In this document: one piece after another, positions 35,969 through 44,911 of the stretch
Layout of the letters: the number at the start of each line of letters is the position of its first letter
Position numbering within the stretch: position 1 is the stretch's first letter
Source of the DNA: a virus
Taxonomy: Duplodnaviria; Caudoviricetes
Virus record (IMG/VR): IMGVR_UViG_2687453145_000002
Coordinates: 1-64,000 of that record
DNA: 64,000 nt
Reading direction: 5' to 3' (one strand)
Program-made: the position numbers and the translations under genes
Notes under the pieces: generated by a model
The model's database searches: none
Told to the model about the DNA's origin: nothing
The model's input: the letters and a program-made list of their open reading frames with translations, nothing else

Positions 35969-38094
35969 TGATCAACGCCCAACCCAAGGCCCCTGAGAAA
36001 GGTGGCCTCGATACCCCGCGCCTGCTCAAACTGATGAGCGATATCAACGGCCAGCCTGACTGGCGCTCACTTGCCAATCGCGCCTGCGCCTACTACGACA
36101 ACGATCAACTGCCACCTGAGGTGGTCAAGGTGCTCAAGGAGCGGGGCCAACCCATCACTATCCACAACCTCATTGCCCCGACTATTGATGGCGTGCTGGG
36201 GATGGAGGCCAAGAGCCGCACCGATCTGATGGTGATCGCCGATGACCATGACGATGAGCTCGAGCAGCTGGCCGAGGCCGTCAATGCCGAATACGCCGAC
36301 ATGTGCCGCCTGGGCGGACTGGACCGCGCCCGGGGCGAGGCTTACGGCGGCCAGATCAAGACCGGTGTGGGCTGGGTGGAGGTGTGCCGGCGCGATGACC
36401 CGTTCGGCCCGCGCTACAAATTCAGCAACGTCCATCGTGATGAGGTCTATTGGGACTGGCACAGCCGAGAGCCGGACCTGAGCGACTGCCGCTGGCTGAT
36501 GCGTCGCCGCTGGGTCGATCTGGATGAGGCCAAGACCATGTTCCCGAGCAAGGCTCAAGCGTTGGAGTGGGGCGTGAATGACTGGGCGGGGGTTGTCAGC
36601 TTGAGCGCCGTAGAGGGGCTCGACCCCAACCTGGTCAGCGCTTACGACGAATGGAGCCAGTTCAGTGGTAAGGAGGTGGAGTGGTGCAGCCGTGAGCGGG
36701 ATCGGGTGTTGCTGCAGGTGGTCTACTACCGCACCTATACCATGCGGCAGGTGCTGATGCTCGATTCTGGCCGGGCGCTGGAGTACGACAAGACCAATCA
36801 GTTGCACCTGGCCGCGCTCGCCATGGGCCGGGCCAGGCTGGAACGCCGCCCGGTGGCCGTGATCCGGGAGTCCTGGTTTGTCGGCCCCCATCATCTGGTT
36901 GATCGCCCCTGTACAGCTCCTCACAACATGTATCCGCTGGTGCCGTTCTGGGGATACCGGAAAGACCGCACCGGTGAGCCATACGGGCTGATTGCTCGGG
37001 CCATGCCGGCGCAAGACGAGGTGAACCTGCGGCGAATCAAGCTGACGTTCCTGCTGCAGGCCAAGCGCGTCATCATGGACAAGGACGCCACCAACATGAG
37101 CCGGGATCAGGTTCTTGAGCAGGTGGAGCGCCCGGATGGATATATCGAGCTCAACCCTGACCGCGCCAACAAGACCAGCGTGAGCGATGCCTTCAAGGTG
37201 GAGCAGGACTTCAACGTGGCGGCCCAGCAGTTCCAGGTGATGCAGGACTCGGTGAAGCTGATCCAGGACACCATGGGGGTTTATGCCGCCTTCCTGGGCC
37301 AGGGCTCCACCGGGCAGTCCGGCGTGGCTATCAGCAACCTGGTGGAGCAGGGGGCGACCACGCTTTCGGAGATCAACGACAACTACCGGATGGGCTGTCA
37401 GCAGGTGGGTCAGCTGGCGTTGGCCTACCTGCTGGAAGACATGGCCGGCAAGCGCAACTACAAGGTGACCGTGAACCGCGATGACCCCCGCCGCCGCAAG
37501 GCCGTGGTGATCAACGTGGAGCAGGAGGATGGCAAGCTGACCAATGATGTGACCCGGCTGCGGGCTCATATCGCCCTAGCGCCGATCCAGCAGACAGCCG
37601 CCTACAAACAGCAACTGGCCGAGCGGATGACCCAGGCCATGTCGCAACTTCCGCCAGAGGCGGCAGGTGCCTGCTTTGACCTGCTGGTCGAGCTGATGGA
37701 TGTACCGCGTAAGGCTGAGTTCGTGGAGCGGATCCGCAATGCCCTGAACATCCCGAAAGACCCGGACGAGATGAGCGACGAGGAACGCGCAGCCGCCGAG
37801 CAGCAAGCCCAGCAGGCCCAGATGCAGCAGGAGCTGGCCATGCGCGAGATGCAGGCCAAGCTGGCCGAGCTGGAGGGCAAAGCCGCCAAGTGGCAGGCAG
37901 AGGCTCAGCGCATCGCCAAGCTGACGGACTCCATCCGGTTCGAGGATGCCCTCAAGCAGGCCCAGACAGGCAAGACATTGCAGGAGATGGAGCAGTTGGC
38001 AGCCCAGCAGCAGGCGATGCAGACAGAGCAGGCAGCCCTGCAGGCGCAGCTGTTGGACACCATCCAGCAGCAGATCGACGCCATCGCGCTCTGA
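35968..38094 (+). CDS. Portal protein (P22/933W-like with C-terminal coiled-coil barrel)
   Basis: Follows terL; N.I.P.ID.VLG, YG....A...QDE.N, SGVAI; Gln-rich C-terminus. Confidence 0.88.
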   Translation: MINAQPKAPEKGGLDTPRLLKLMSDINGQPDWRSLANRACAYYDNDQLPPEVVKVLKERGQPITIHNLIAPTIDGVLGMEAKSRTDLMVIADDHDDELEQLAEAVNAEYADMCRLGGLDRARGEAYGGQIKTGVGWVEVCRRDDPFGPRYKFSNVHRDEVYWDWHSREPDLSDCRWLMRRRWVDLDEAKTMFPSKAQALEWGVNDWAGVVSLSAVEGLDPNLVSAYDEWSQFSGKEVEWCSRERDRVLLQVVYYRTYTMRQVLMLDSGRALEYDKTNQLHLAALAMGRARLERRPVAVIRESWFVGPHHLVDRPCTAPHNMYPLVPFWGYRKDRTGEPYGLIARAMPAQDEVNLRRIKLTFLLQAKRVIMDKDATNMSRDQVLEQVERPDGYIELNPDRANKTSVSDAFKVEQDFNVAAQQFQVMQDSVKLIQDTMGVYAAFLGQGSTGQSGVAISNLVEQGATTLSEINDNYRMGCQQVGQLALAYLLEDMAGKRNYKVTVNRDDPRRRKAVVINVEQEDGKLTNDVTRLRAHIALAPIQQTAAYKQQLAERMTQAMSQLPPEAAGACFDLLVELMDVPRKAEFVERIRNALNIPKDPDEMSDEERAAAEQQAQQAQMQQELAMREMQAKLAELEGKAAKWQAEAQRIAKLTDSIRFEDALKQAQTGKTLQEMEQLAAQQQAMQTEQAALQAQLLDTIQQQIDAIAL

Positions 38095-38097
38095 TAG

Positions 38098-38165
38098 TTG
38101 CTTTCCTGACCTGCCAGCGTTACGATTTCCCCAACATGGCCCAGTCTGTCGAGATTGGGCCTTTT
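38098..38165 (+). promoter_or_regulatory. Late promoter/terminator unit 2 (before scaffold/capsid)
   Basis: TTGCTT-17-TACGAT, CAGCGT before -10, GGCCCAGTCT..AGATTGGGCC-T4. Confidence 0.75.
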
Positions 38166-38250
38166 CTTTGGTTGAGTTGTCAATCAGTAGCGTAACTGAC
38201 TCCCTTTGAGTATGATTTGTGGTGAGTCTAATGACTCCCGAACTTGTTTT

Positions 38251-38304
38251 AAGCCCGCCCTCCCGCGGGCTTTTTTTATGGACCAGCCTCGAGCTGGTTT
38301 TTTT
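38251..38304 (+). terminator. Two tandem intrinsic terminators
   Basis: AAGCCCGC..GCGGGC-T7 and ACCAGC..GCTGG-T7. Confidence 0.75.
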
Positions 38305-38394
38305 GTGCCCAGCTCCAGCCGGAGAGGGCTTTCACCGAGAGCCTTCCCCCGCTTGGGCAGCGATACCACCCACTGAAAACCCACGAGGACAACC

Positions 38395-39321
38395 ATGGAT
38401 AAGAACATCGACAACCTGAACGGCACTGAGAGCCTGGACGAACTGGAAGCCATGCTGGAAGCGATCGAGCGTGAGCCCGATAGCGAGCTGGATGATGGCA
38501 CTGGCACCGAGCAAACGGACGTACAACCCGCGCCGTCGGCGGGCGAGGTGGCAGCCGGTAACGAACAGGGCAGCACCGAGCAGGGCGGTGAAGGGGCCAC
38601 GGAACCTGAGAAGGTGATCCTGGCCAAGAGCGGTCAACACACCATCCCGTATGAAGTGCTGGAGCAGGCGCGCAATGAAGCCAAGCAACTGCGTGAGCAG
38701 CTGGCTCAGTCGCAGCAGGCCCAAGCCGAGCGGGACAAGCTGCAGGCGCTGATGGAGAAGCACGGGATCAACCCCGACGTGGACCCCGACGATATCAGCC
38801 AGGAGGAGCTCGAGCAGTTGGCGCAGGACTACCCGGATCTCGGCAAGTCCATCGCCGCCATTGCCCGCAAGCTCCAAAAGCTGGAGCCCCAGGTCGCCCC
38901 GCAGCAGGTTCAACCCACCCTCAACCCGGTACAGGCCGCACTGCAGGCGGTACCTGATCTGGTGAGCTGGCGGGAAAAGGACCAGGACCGTTTCGACTTC
39001 GCCATCATCGTCGATGAGAAGCTCCAGGCTGATCCCGCGTGGCAAGGCAAGTCGCTGGATGAGCGATTCGCAGAGGCGGCGCGCCGCACCAAGCTGGCCT
39101 TTGGTGATGAGGTCATCCCTCCCGCCAAGGTACCCGGCAAGGGTGCAGAAAAGCCCGCTGATTTCATCCCGTCCAGCCCTTCGGCACTCGGTCAGACCCA
39201 TCATGCCGCTCCCACTGGAGTGGAGCGCTTTGGCGCCATGTCTCAGACCGAGCTTATCGGCGAGATGGGCGCCATGACGGACGCCCAAATGGAGGCGCTG
39301 CTGGAGCAGGCCGGGTACTAA
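38395..39321 (+). CDS. Scaffolding protein
   Basis: Acidic, coiled coil, IPY..L motif; between portal and capsid. Confidence 0.75.
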   Translation: MDKNIDNLNGTESLDELEAMLEAIEREPDSELDDGTGTEQTDVQPAPSAGEVAAGNEQGSTEQGGEGATEPEKVILAKSGQHTIPYEVLEQARNEAKQLREQLAQSQQAQAERDKLQALMEKHGINPDVDPDDISQEELEQLAQDYPDLGKSIAAIARKLQKLEPQVAPQQVQPTLNPVQAALQAVPDLVSWREKDQDRFDFAIIVDEKLQADPAWQGKSLDERFAEAARRTKLAFGDEVIPPAKVPGKGAEKPADFIPSSPSALGQTHHAAPTGVERFGAMSQTELIGEMGAMTDAQMEALLEQAGY

Positions 39322-39392
39322 CCCACCACCCATTTCAATAAGCCAACCCCGACCACTGTGTCGGGGTTTTTGTTTTCATGTAGGAGAGGACC

Positions 39393-40610
39393 ATGACCCA
39401 AGTCACCTCGGCGCAAGCCAACAAGATTTTGCAGGCCGCACTGTTTACGGCGGCCAACCGTTCTCACTCGCTGGTGAACATGCTGACCGAAGAGGCCCCC
39501 AAGGGTGCCAAGGTCAACGGCGGCAAACAGACCAGCGCCGGCGCCCCCGTGGTGCGCATCACCGACCTCGGTAAAGGCGCCGGGGATGAAGTGGACATGC
39601 AGCTGTTCCACCAACTGTCTGGCCGCCCGACCATGGGTGACAAGAAGCTGGCAGGGCGCCTCGAGAGCATGTCCTTCGCGGACTTCTCGCTGAAGATCAA
39701 CCAGACCCGCCATGGTGTGGACGCGGGCGGCAAGATGAGCCAGAAGCGCACCAAGCACGACCTGATCAAGACCGCACGTGTGCTGTTGGGTGATGGCTAC
39801 TACGGTCGCCTGGTTGACCAGCGTGGCTTCGTTCAGCTGGCCGGTGCTCGCGGGGATTACTCTGCCACCGATATCATCCTGCCGCTGGCGGATGATCCCG
39901 AGTTTGCCGACATCATGATCAACGAGCTGACCGCGCCGACCTACGAGCGCCACTTCTTCGGTGGTGATGCGACCAGCTTCGAAGCCCTCGATGCGGCGGA
40001 TCGCTTCAACCTCGGCTGTGTGGACAACATGGCGCTCTACCTGGCCGAGATGGCCAACCCCATCCAGCCGATCCGCATGGTGGCTGACCCGTCCGGTGGT
40101 GAGCCGCTCTACGTGCTCTACGTGACCCCGCGCCAGTGGCACGACTTCTACACCTCCAGCTCCGGCAAGGACTGGAACGCCATGCTGGCGGCGGTGGCGG
40201 AACGAGCCAAAGGCTGGAATCACCCCATCTTCCGCGGGGAAGGCGCCATGTGGCGCGGCATTCTGGTCAAGCCCTACAAGGGCATGCCGATCCGCTTCAA
40301 CCAGGGCAGCACCGTCAAGGTGTGTGCGGCCAACTCCGCGACCGGTGCGGAAGTGGACAAGGTTGCTGGCACTCTGATCGACCGCGCCGTGCTGCTGGGT
40401 GGCCAGGCGCTGGCCAATGCCTTTGGCTCTGGCGAGCAGGGGGGCTCCTTTGGCATGCACCAAGAGCCAACTGACCACGGCAACAGCACCGAGATCTCCA
40501 TCAGCTGGGTGTCCGGTCTGCAGAAGATCCGCTTCAAGCAGCGCAACGGCAACATTCAGGACCATGGCTGCATGGTGCTGGATACCGCGGTGAGCGCCAT
40601 CGCCCGCTAA
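39393..40610 (+). CDS. Major capsid protein (N4-gp56/DUF4043-like)
   Basis: ITDL.KGAGD.V...L...P.MGD...G, INQTRH.V, A.LLG.QA motifs. Confidence 0.88.
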   Translation: MTQVTSAQANKILQAALFTAANRSHSLVNMLTEEAPKGAKVNGGKQTSAGAPVVRITDLGKGAGDEVDMQLFHQLSGRPTMGDKKLAGRLESMSFADFSLKINQTRHGVDAGGKMSQKRTKHDLIKTARVLLGDGYYGRLVDQRGFVQLAGARGDYSATDIILPLADDPEFADIMINELTAPTYERHFFGGDATSFEALDAADRFNLGCVDNMALYLAEMANPIQPIRMVADPSGGEPLYVLYVTPRQWHDFYTSSSGKDWNAMLAAVAERAKGWNHPIFRGEGAMWRGILVKPYKGMPIRFNQGSTVKVCAANSATGAEVDKVAGTLIDRAVLLGGQALANAFGSGEQGGSFGMHQEPTDHGNSTEISISWVSGLQKIRFKQRNGNIQDHGCMVLDTAVSAIAR

Positions 40611-40675
40611 GCCGCTGACCCATGGGGCTTCACGGCCCCATCACATCACTATCTGACCAGACAAGGAGCCATATC

Positions 40676-41065
40676 ATGGCCAAGACTACTCTACTCGCCC
40701 GAGCGTACCGCTGGTTTGTCGGCGCGTTCGGCAACCTCTCTATCTCCCCGACCCTGGTGGCCAAGCTGGCTGCCGTACCCGCTGGCGATGTTGTCGCATA
40801 CGGCGACAAGGTGGAGCCCAACCTGAAAGTGGTGGGTGTGACGATGTTCAGCACTGCGCTGGGCGCGAGTACCACCATCACCGCCAAGATCGGCACGACC
40901 ACCATCATCAACGCCGAGAGTACGGTGGGGGCGGTGGCAAAGTATTACCCGGTCGATGACTTGCTGACCGAGCCTGACCAGGAGCTCACCCTCACGGTTG
41001 GCGGCGGCGCTGCGACGGGCACGGTCAAGCTCAAACTGCATTACGAGGTAGTCGGCAACCTGTAA
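40676..41065 (+). CDS. Probable capsid decoration protein
   Basis: Beta-rich, directly after the capsid gene. Confidence 0.55.
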   Translation: MAKTTLLARAYRWFVGAFGNLSISPTLVAKLAAVPAGDVVAYGDKVEPNLKVVGVTMFSTALGASTTITAKIGTTTIINAESTVGAVAKYYPVDDLLTEPDQELTLTVGGGAATGTVKLKLHYEVVGNL

Positions 41066-41131
41066 GGCTGCCGATCACTGTCCGCCCGGCCCTGTGCCGG
41101 GCTTTTTCGTTTCTGAATAGGAGTCATCGCC

Positions 41132-41569
41132 ATGAGCGACAAGATTGCCGTGGTTTACATCGGCGACAAGCCGAGCAAGAAAGACACGGTCACCGGCAGC
41201 CGCCTGGTCTTCCCGCGCCATACCGCAGTGGATGTGGAGAGTCACATCGCCATGCAATTGCTGGAGTTCCCGACCGTCTGGATCCGCCATGAGGCACTGG
41301 CAGGCGAACTGGAGCGGCAGGAGACAGCTGCCCAGGCTACCGCCGACGAGCAGGCGCGCCTCGCCGCCGAGCAGGCCCGCCTGGCGGAAGAGCAGAGCAT
41401 GGTGGTCGGTGAGCGCGACCTGGCCAAGATGACCTCTGCCCAACTGGCCACCCTGGTGGAAGGGGAAGATCTGGATATCGAGCCGCAGGGCCCGCAAGAG
41501 AAGGTGCCCGAATACCGGGTGCGCGTGCGTGATGCCCTGAAGGCCAAGCTGGCAGAGCAGGGGGAATAG
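41132..41569 (+). CDS. Hypothetical virion-cluster protein
   Basis: AGGAG RBS; operon context. Confidence 0.7.
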   Translation: MSDKIAVVYIGDKPSKKDTVTGSRLVFPRHTAVDVESHIAMQLLEFPTVWIRHEALAGELERQETAAQATADEQARLAAEQARLAEEQSMVVGERDLAKMTSAQLATLVEGEDLDIEPQGPQEKVPEYRVRVRDALKAKLAEQGE

Positions 41570-41570
41570 C

Positions 41571-42152
41571 ATGCAGATGGTGTCGCGTGAGCAGTTCCTG
41601 CCCACCGTCAGGCTGCACATCACCGGCCCGCTCGAAGTCATGCTGAGTGAGGCCGTCACAGAGGCGGCCATCACCTTCTGCCGGGAGTCGGCCTTGCTGA
41701 CCCTTGACCGACTGCTGCCCAGCGCGTCAGCCGGCAGCCTGGTGGAGGTCTGCAACATCAGCGGGATGACATCGTGCAATGTGCTGCACCTGACCGGAGA
41801 AGGGGGCGCACCATTTGTCAGCGGGCGAGACTTCTTCGCCATGTCTGCCAATGAACTGAGCATCCTGACAGATCTCTGCAATGTGCGGATCTGGTATGTG
41901 GCTGCCCCGGTAAAAGGCGCCAAAGAGCTCCCCGCGCAGCTTTACCACGAGCACGCCGAGGCCATCGCTCATGGTGTTGCCGCGTTGCTCTATGCCCAGC
42001 CTGATCGCCCTTGGTCTGACCCCAAGCGCGCCAGCTACCACCGTTCCGAGTTTGTCGAGGGATGGCGTCGTGCCGGGCGGTTCCGCAAGCAGCATAGCGC
42101 CCCGACTCAAGTCGAGTTCTACAACCCGCCCCGTAAGCACTGCTTTTTCTGA
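41571..42152 (+). CDS. Head-tail adaptor-like protein
   Basis: AAITFC..S and A.L...P..PWS.P patterns; position. Confidence 0.55.
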   Translation: MQMVSREQFLPTVRLHITGPLEVMLSEAVTEAAITFCRESALLTLDRLLPSASAGSLVEVCNISGMTSCNVLHLTGEGGAPFVSGRDFFAMSANELSILTDLCNVRIWYVAAPVKGAKELPAQLYHEHAEAIAHGVAALLYAQPDRPWSDPKRASYHRSEFVEGWRRAGRFRKQHSAPTQVEFYNPPRKHCFF

Positions 42153-42167
42153 TCCCAAGGACACATC

Positions 42168-42845
42168 ATGGCTACCGTGACCGTTGCAACCATCCTCAAG
42201 CGGGTAAACACCTTGCTTGTCGATCCTACTTTTACCCGCTGGCCCAAGCAGGAGCTGCTGGACTACTACAACGACGCGACCAAGGCGATCGTGCTGGTGC
42301 GCCCTGACGCACACACCAAGAACACCGAGTTCACCTGTGCGGCTGGTACCAAGCAGACTCTGCCGGCCGACGCTCTTCGCCTCATTGAGGTGCTGCGGAA
42401 TGCTAACGGCAAGGTGATCCGCTACGTGGTGCGCAAGGCGCTGGATGACAGCTACCCCGACTGGCACTCCAGCAACACCGCGACCACGGTGGACAACTAC
42501 ACCTACGAGGAGCGGGATCCGAAGACCTTCTATCTGCATCCAGGCCCGGCCGCGGCGGTGAAAGTGGATGTGATCTATTCGGTTGCCCCTCAGTCCAAGG
42601 CGTTGGCCGAAGTGGAGAGTGCTCAGAGCCCGGCGCTGGCTGACCTGGATGACATCTACATCAACCCGATCATCGACTTTATGCTCTACCGCTGCTTCTC
42701 CAAGGATGCGGAGTATTCGGCCAACTCCAATCGGGCTGCTGGTCACTACAACGCCTTCTTGCAACAGCTCGGAGAGAAAACCCAAGTAGACGCGAGCATG
42801 GAAGCGCGCCAGCAGGCCAGTTTTGGCCGGGTAACCGGTCAGTAA
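42168..42845 (+). CDS. Adaptor/tail tubular protein (DUF6682-like)
   Basis: RW...ELL.Y.N.A...RPDA, LYR.FSKDAE. Confidence 0.65.
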   Translation: MATVTVATILKRVNTLLVDPTFTRWPKQELLDYYNDATKAIVLVRPDAHTKNTEFTCAAGTKQTLPADALRLIEVLRNANGKVIRYVVRKALDDSYPDWHSSNTATTVDNYTYEERDPKTFYLHPGPAAAVKVDVIYSVAPQSKALAEVESAQSPALADLDDIYINPIIDFMLYRCFSKDAEYSANSNRAAGHYNAFLQQLGEKTQVDASMEARQQASFGRVTGQ

Positions 42846-42855
42846 GGGGGCGTAG

Positions 42856-44490
42856 ATGGCTGGTATTTGGTATCGAGCTGGCACCGTCGCTGTCACCGCT
42901 GGCAGCACCAAGGTTGTTGGCACAGGCACCACTTGGAGGAGTGGTGTTTACAAGCCTGACAAGGGGCACATCTTCTGGGGGCCTGATGGTCGGGCGTATG
43001 AGGTGGACTACGTGGAGAGCGATACCGTTCTCTATCTGGTTACAGCCTATGTTGGTGGGTCTGCCACTGGACAGGCATACTCGATAGTCATCTCCATCAC
43101 GGGGCAGGTTCCGGCATTTAGTCGAGAGCTATCGGCCTTTGTGGCGTACCACCAGAGTCAGATGGATGGCTGGCAGAAGCTGCTCACCGGCACCGGCGAT
43201 GTGACGCTTACCGCGCCGGATGGCACCAAGATAACCACCCCGAGTTGGGATAAGGTGATGAACGCCGGTTATGGCGTGGTGGCACAGGCGACAGCGCAGG
43301 CAGGTATTGCCACGGCAGAGGCTGCCAAGGCTGCCGCCAGCGCCGGTGTGGCGGCAAATATCGTGGCCGCTGCTGCGCTGCCCATCCCGGATTTGTGGGC
43401 GCCGCTCACAGATGATCTGCGCCTCATCACCGGCCATGGCCGTGAGGTGAAAGTGGGCGAGGATGTGGTGGCAAAGATGGTGAACTTTAGCCGGGCCACG
43501 GCAGCGACATACACAGGAAAGGATGGAAAGCTGCGTGCAGCGGCAGTTAATGAGCCGCGCTTTGAGAAGAGCGGATTGCTGATTGAGGGTGACAGCACAA
43601 ACCTAATCTTAAACTCTAACATCCCATCCCAGCTTATAGGTTTTAAATCCGCAGGCTCTACCGTAGACCCTTTTGGCCAAGCAGATGCCGTTCTGCTTGA
43701 GGTTGAGGCTGTATCTGGTGGCTTGGCGGCTGTAAAATTCAATGACGGCTCGCCGGGATCTGCAAGCGGAATAAAGACAAGCTCTGTTTTTGTTAAAAGT
43801 ATTGGTAAGCCTGCAACTGTAAAAATTGAATGTGAGGACTCGGCGCCGAAGCAGGTTGTCATTCCTTCCGATAAATGGGTGCGGATATCAACAACAAGAG
43901 AAACACCATCTCCGTCCTATCAGGGGCACTTTTATGTGACCATGATGAATCATCAGGCTGGAGATAAAATTTCGTTTTATGGTGCGCAGTTAGAGTCATT
44001 GCCATTTGCCAGCTCATATATCCCGACATCTGGCGCGGCTGTGACGAGAGCTCGTGACGTGGTGTCACTGCCCAAATCCAATATCCCAGCACGGGAGCAC
44101 ACAATTGCCGTTCAGCTATCAATCCGCGATACAAGATATCGCCATTCATGGGTTGTACAAGGTGGATATATCTGCCTGAGTATTCCTCCAGACGGGTCAG
44201 TGAGAGGGTGGGATTATGATGCTACGGTTGTTACGCCTAGCTTTGGTGATTCACTCCATAACATTGTCGTTGGATGTAGATTAAGGGCTGACGATCGATC
44301 CGTATTTGCTAACGGGGTGATAACAACAAAGCCGAATGCTGGTGTGGCTGAGCCAAGCAGAATGTTTCCGGGTGAGGATAATACTCTGTCAATAGGTTCG
44401 TATTCTGGTGCCCACTACTTATATGGACATATAAAAAATATTCGTGTTTTTAGTGTTCTTAGTGATGAGCAAATAAAGGGGCTTGGTTGA
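42856..44490 (+). CDS. Tail fibre/spike with carbohydrate-binding-like C-terminus
   Basis: WYRAGTVAVT N-terminus; FSRAT.ATY...NEPRF...GLLIE, SSYIPT...TRA; lower-GC variable C-terminus. Confidence 0.8.
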   Translation: MAGIWYRAGTVAVTAGSTKVVGTGTTWRSGVYKPDKGHIFWGPDGRAYEVDYVESDTVLYLVTAYVGGSATGQAYSIVISITGQVPAFSRELSAFVAYHQSQMDGWQKLLTGTGDVTLTAPDGTKITTPSWDKVMNAGYGVVAQATAQAGIATAEAAKAAASAGVAANIVAAAALPIPDLWAPLTDDLRLITGHGREVKVGEDVVAKMVNFSRATAATYTGKDGKLRAAAVNEPRFEKSGLLIEGDSTNLILNSNIPSQLIGFKSAGSTVDPFGQADAVLLEVEAVSGGLAAVKFNDGSPGSASGIKTSSVFVKSIGKPATVKIECEDSAPKQVVIPSDKWVRISTTRETPSPSYQGHFYVTMMNHQAGDKISFYGAQLESLPFASSYIPTSGAAVTRARDVVSLPKSNIPAREHTIAVQLSIRDTRYRHSWVVQGGYICLSIPPDGSVRGWDYDATVVTPSFGDSLHNIVVGCRLRADDRSVFANGVITTKPNAGVAEPSRMFPGEDNTLSIGSYSGAHYLYGHIKNIRVFSVLSDEQIKGLG

Positions 44491-44798
44491 TGTTTATAGA
44501 CCTCAATTTGAAATCACCAGATCATGAAACAATGTTTTCCGCATTGGTTGCGGCAGGCTTTATAAACGGCGAGCCTGGGCATTTGTACCATCCAGCTGCA
44601 TCGCTTGTGCTGCTTCCTTTTGGCATGGTGACAAGAAAAACAGGAATGATGATAGATGGCCCGCTAGGAATCCAGATCGAGGAGGTGCAGCCGGTGCCAG
44701 GATATCATGCCAACGTGCGAACCACTGACGCCGCCCTTGCCGCCGCGCTGGCTCCGGTGACGGTGGTGGTCGAATCGCCCCAGTATGTCTGGGCATAG
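44490..44798 (+). CDS. Tail fibre-associated protein
   Basis: Coupled to the fibre gene; GYHANVR motif. Confidence 0.6.
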   Translation: MFIDLNLKSPDHETMFSALVAAGFINGEPGHLYHPAASLVLLPFGMVTRKTGMMIDGPLGIQIEEVQPVPGYHANVRTTDAALAAALAPVTVVVESPQYVWA

Positions 44799-44818
44799 TT
44801 GTGGCTTGGTAACATCGC

Positions 44819-44887
44819 TTGCCTCCTAACGCTGCTGGCGTTAGGATTTACCCATCATGGCCCGCTCTATTCTGAGTGGGCCTTTTT
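44819..44887 (+). promoter_or_regulatory. Late promoter/terminator unit 3 (before tail/ejection genes)
   Basis: TTGCCT-17-TAGGAT, TGGCGT before -10, GGCCCGCTC..GAGTGGGCC-T5. Confidence 0.75.
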
Positions 44888-44911
44888 GTTTTCTGCCTGC
44901 CGAGATCTCCC

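Noticed and set aside
36067-37569. Long antisense ORFs (also 39318-40565, 41727-42932, 51265-52383, 55772-57016, 58412-59584)
   Set aside because: Shadow frames of high-GC genes with no recognisable motifs
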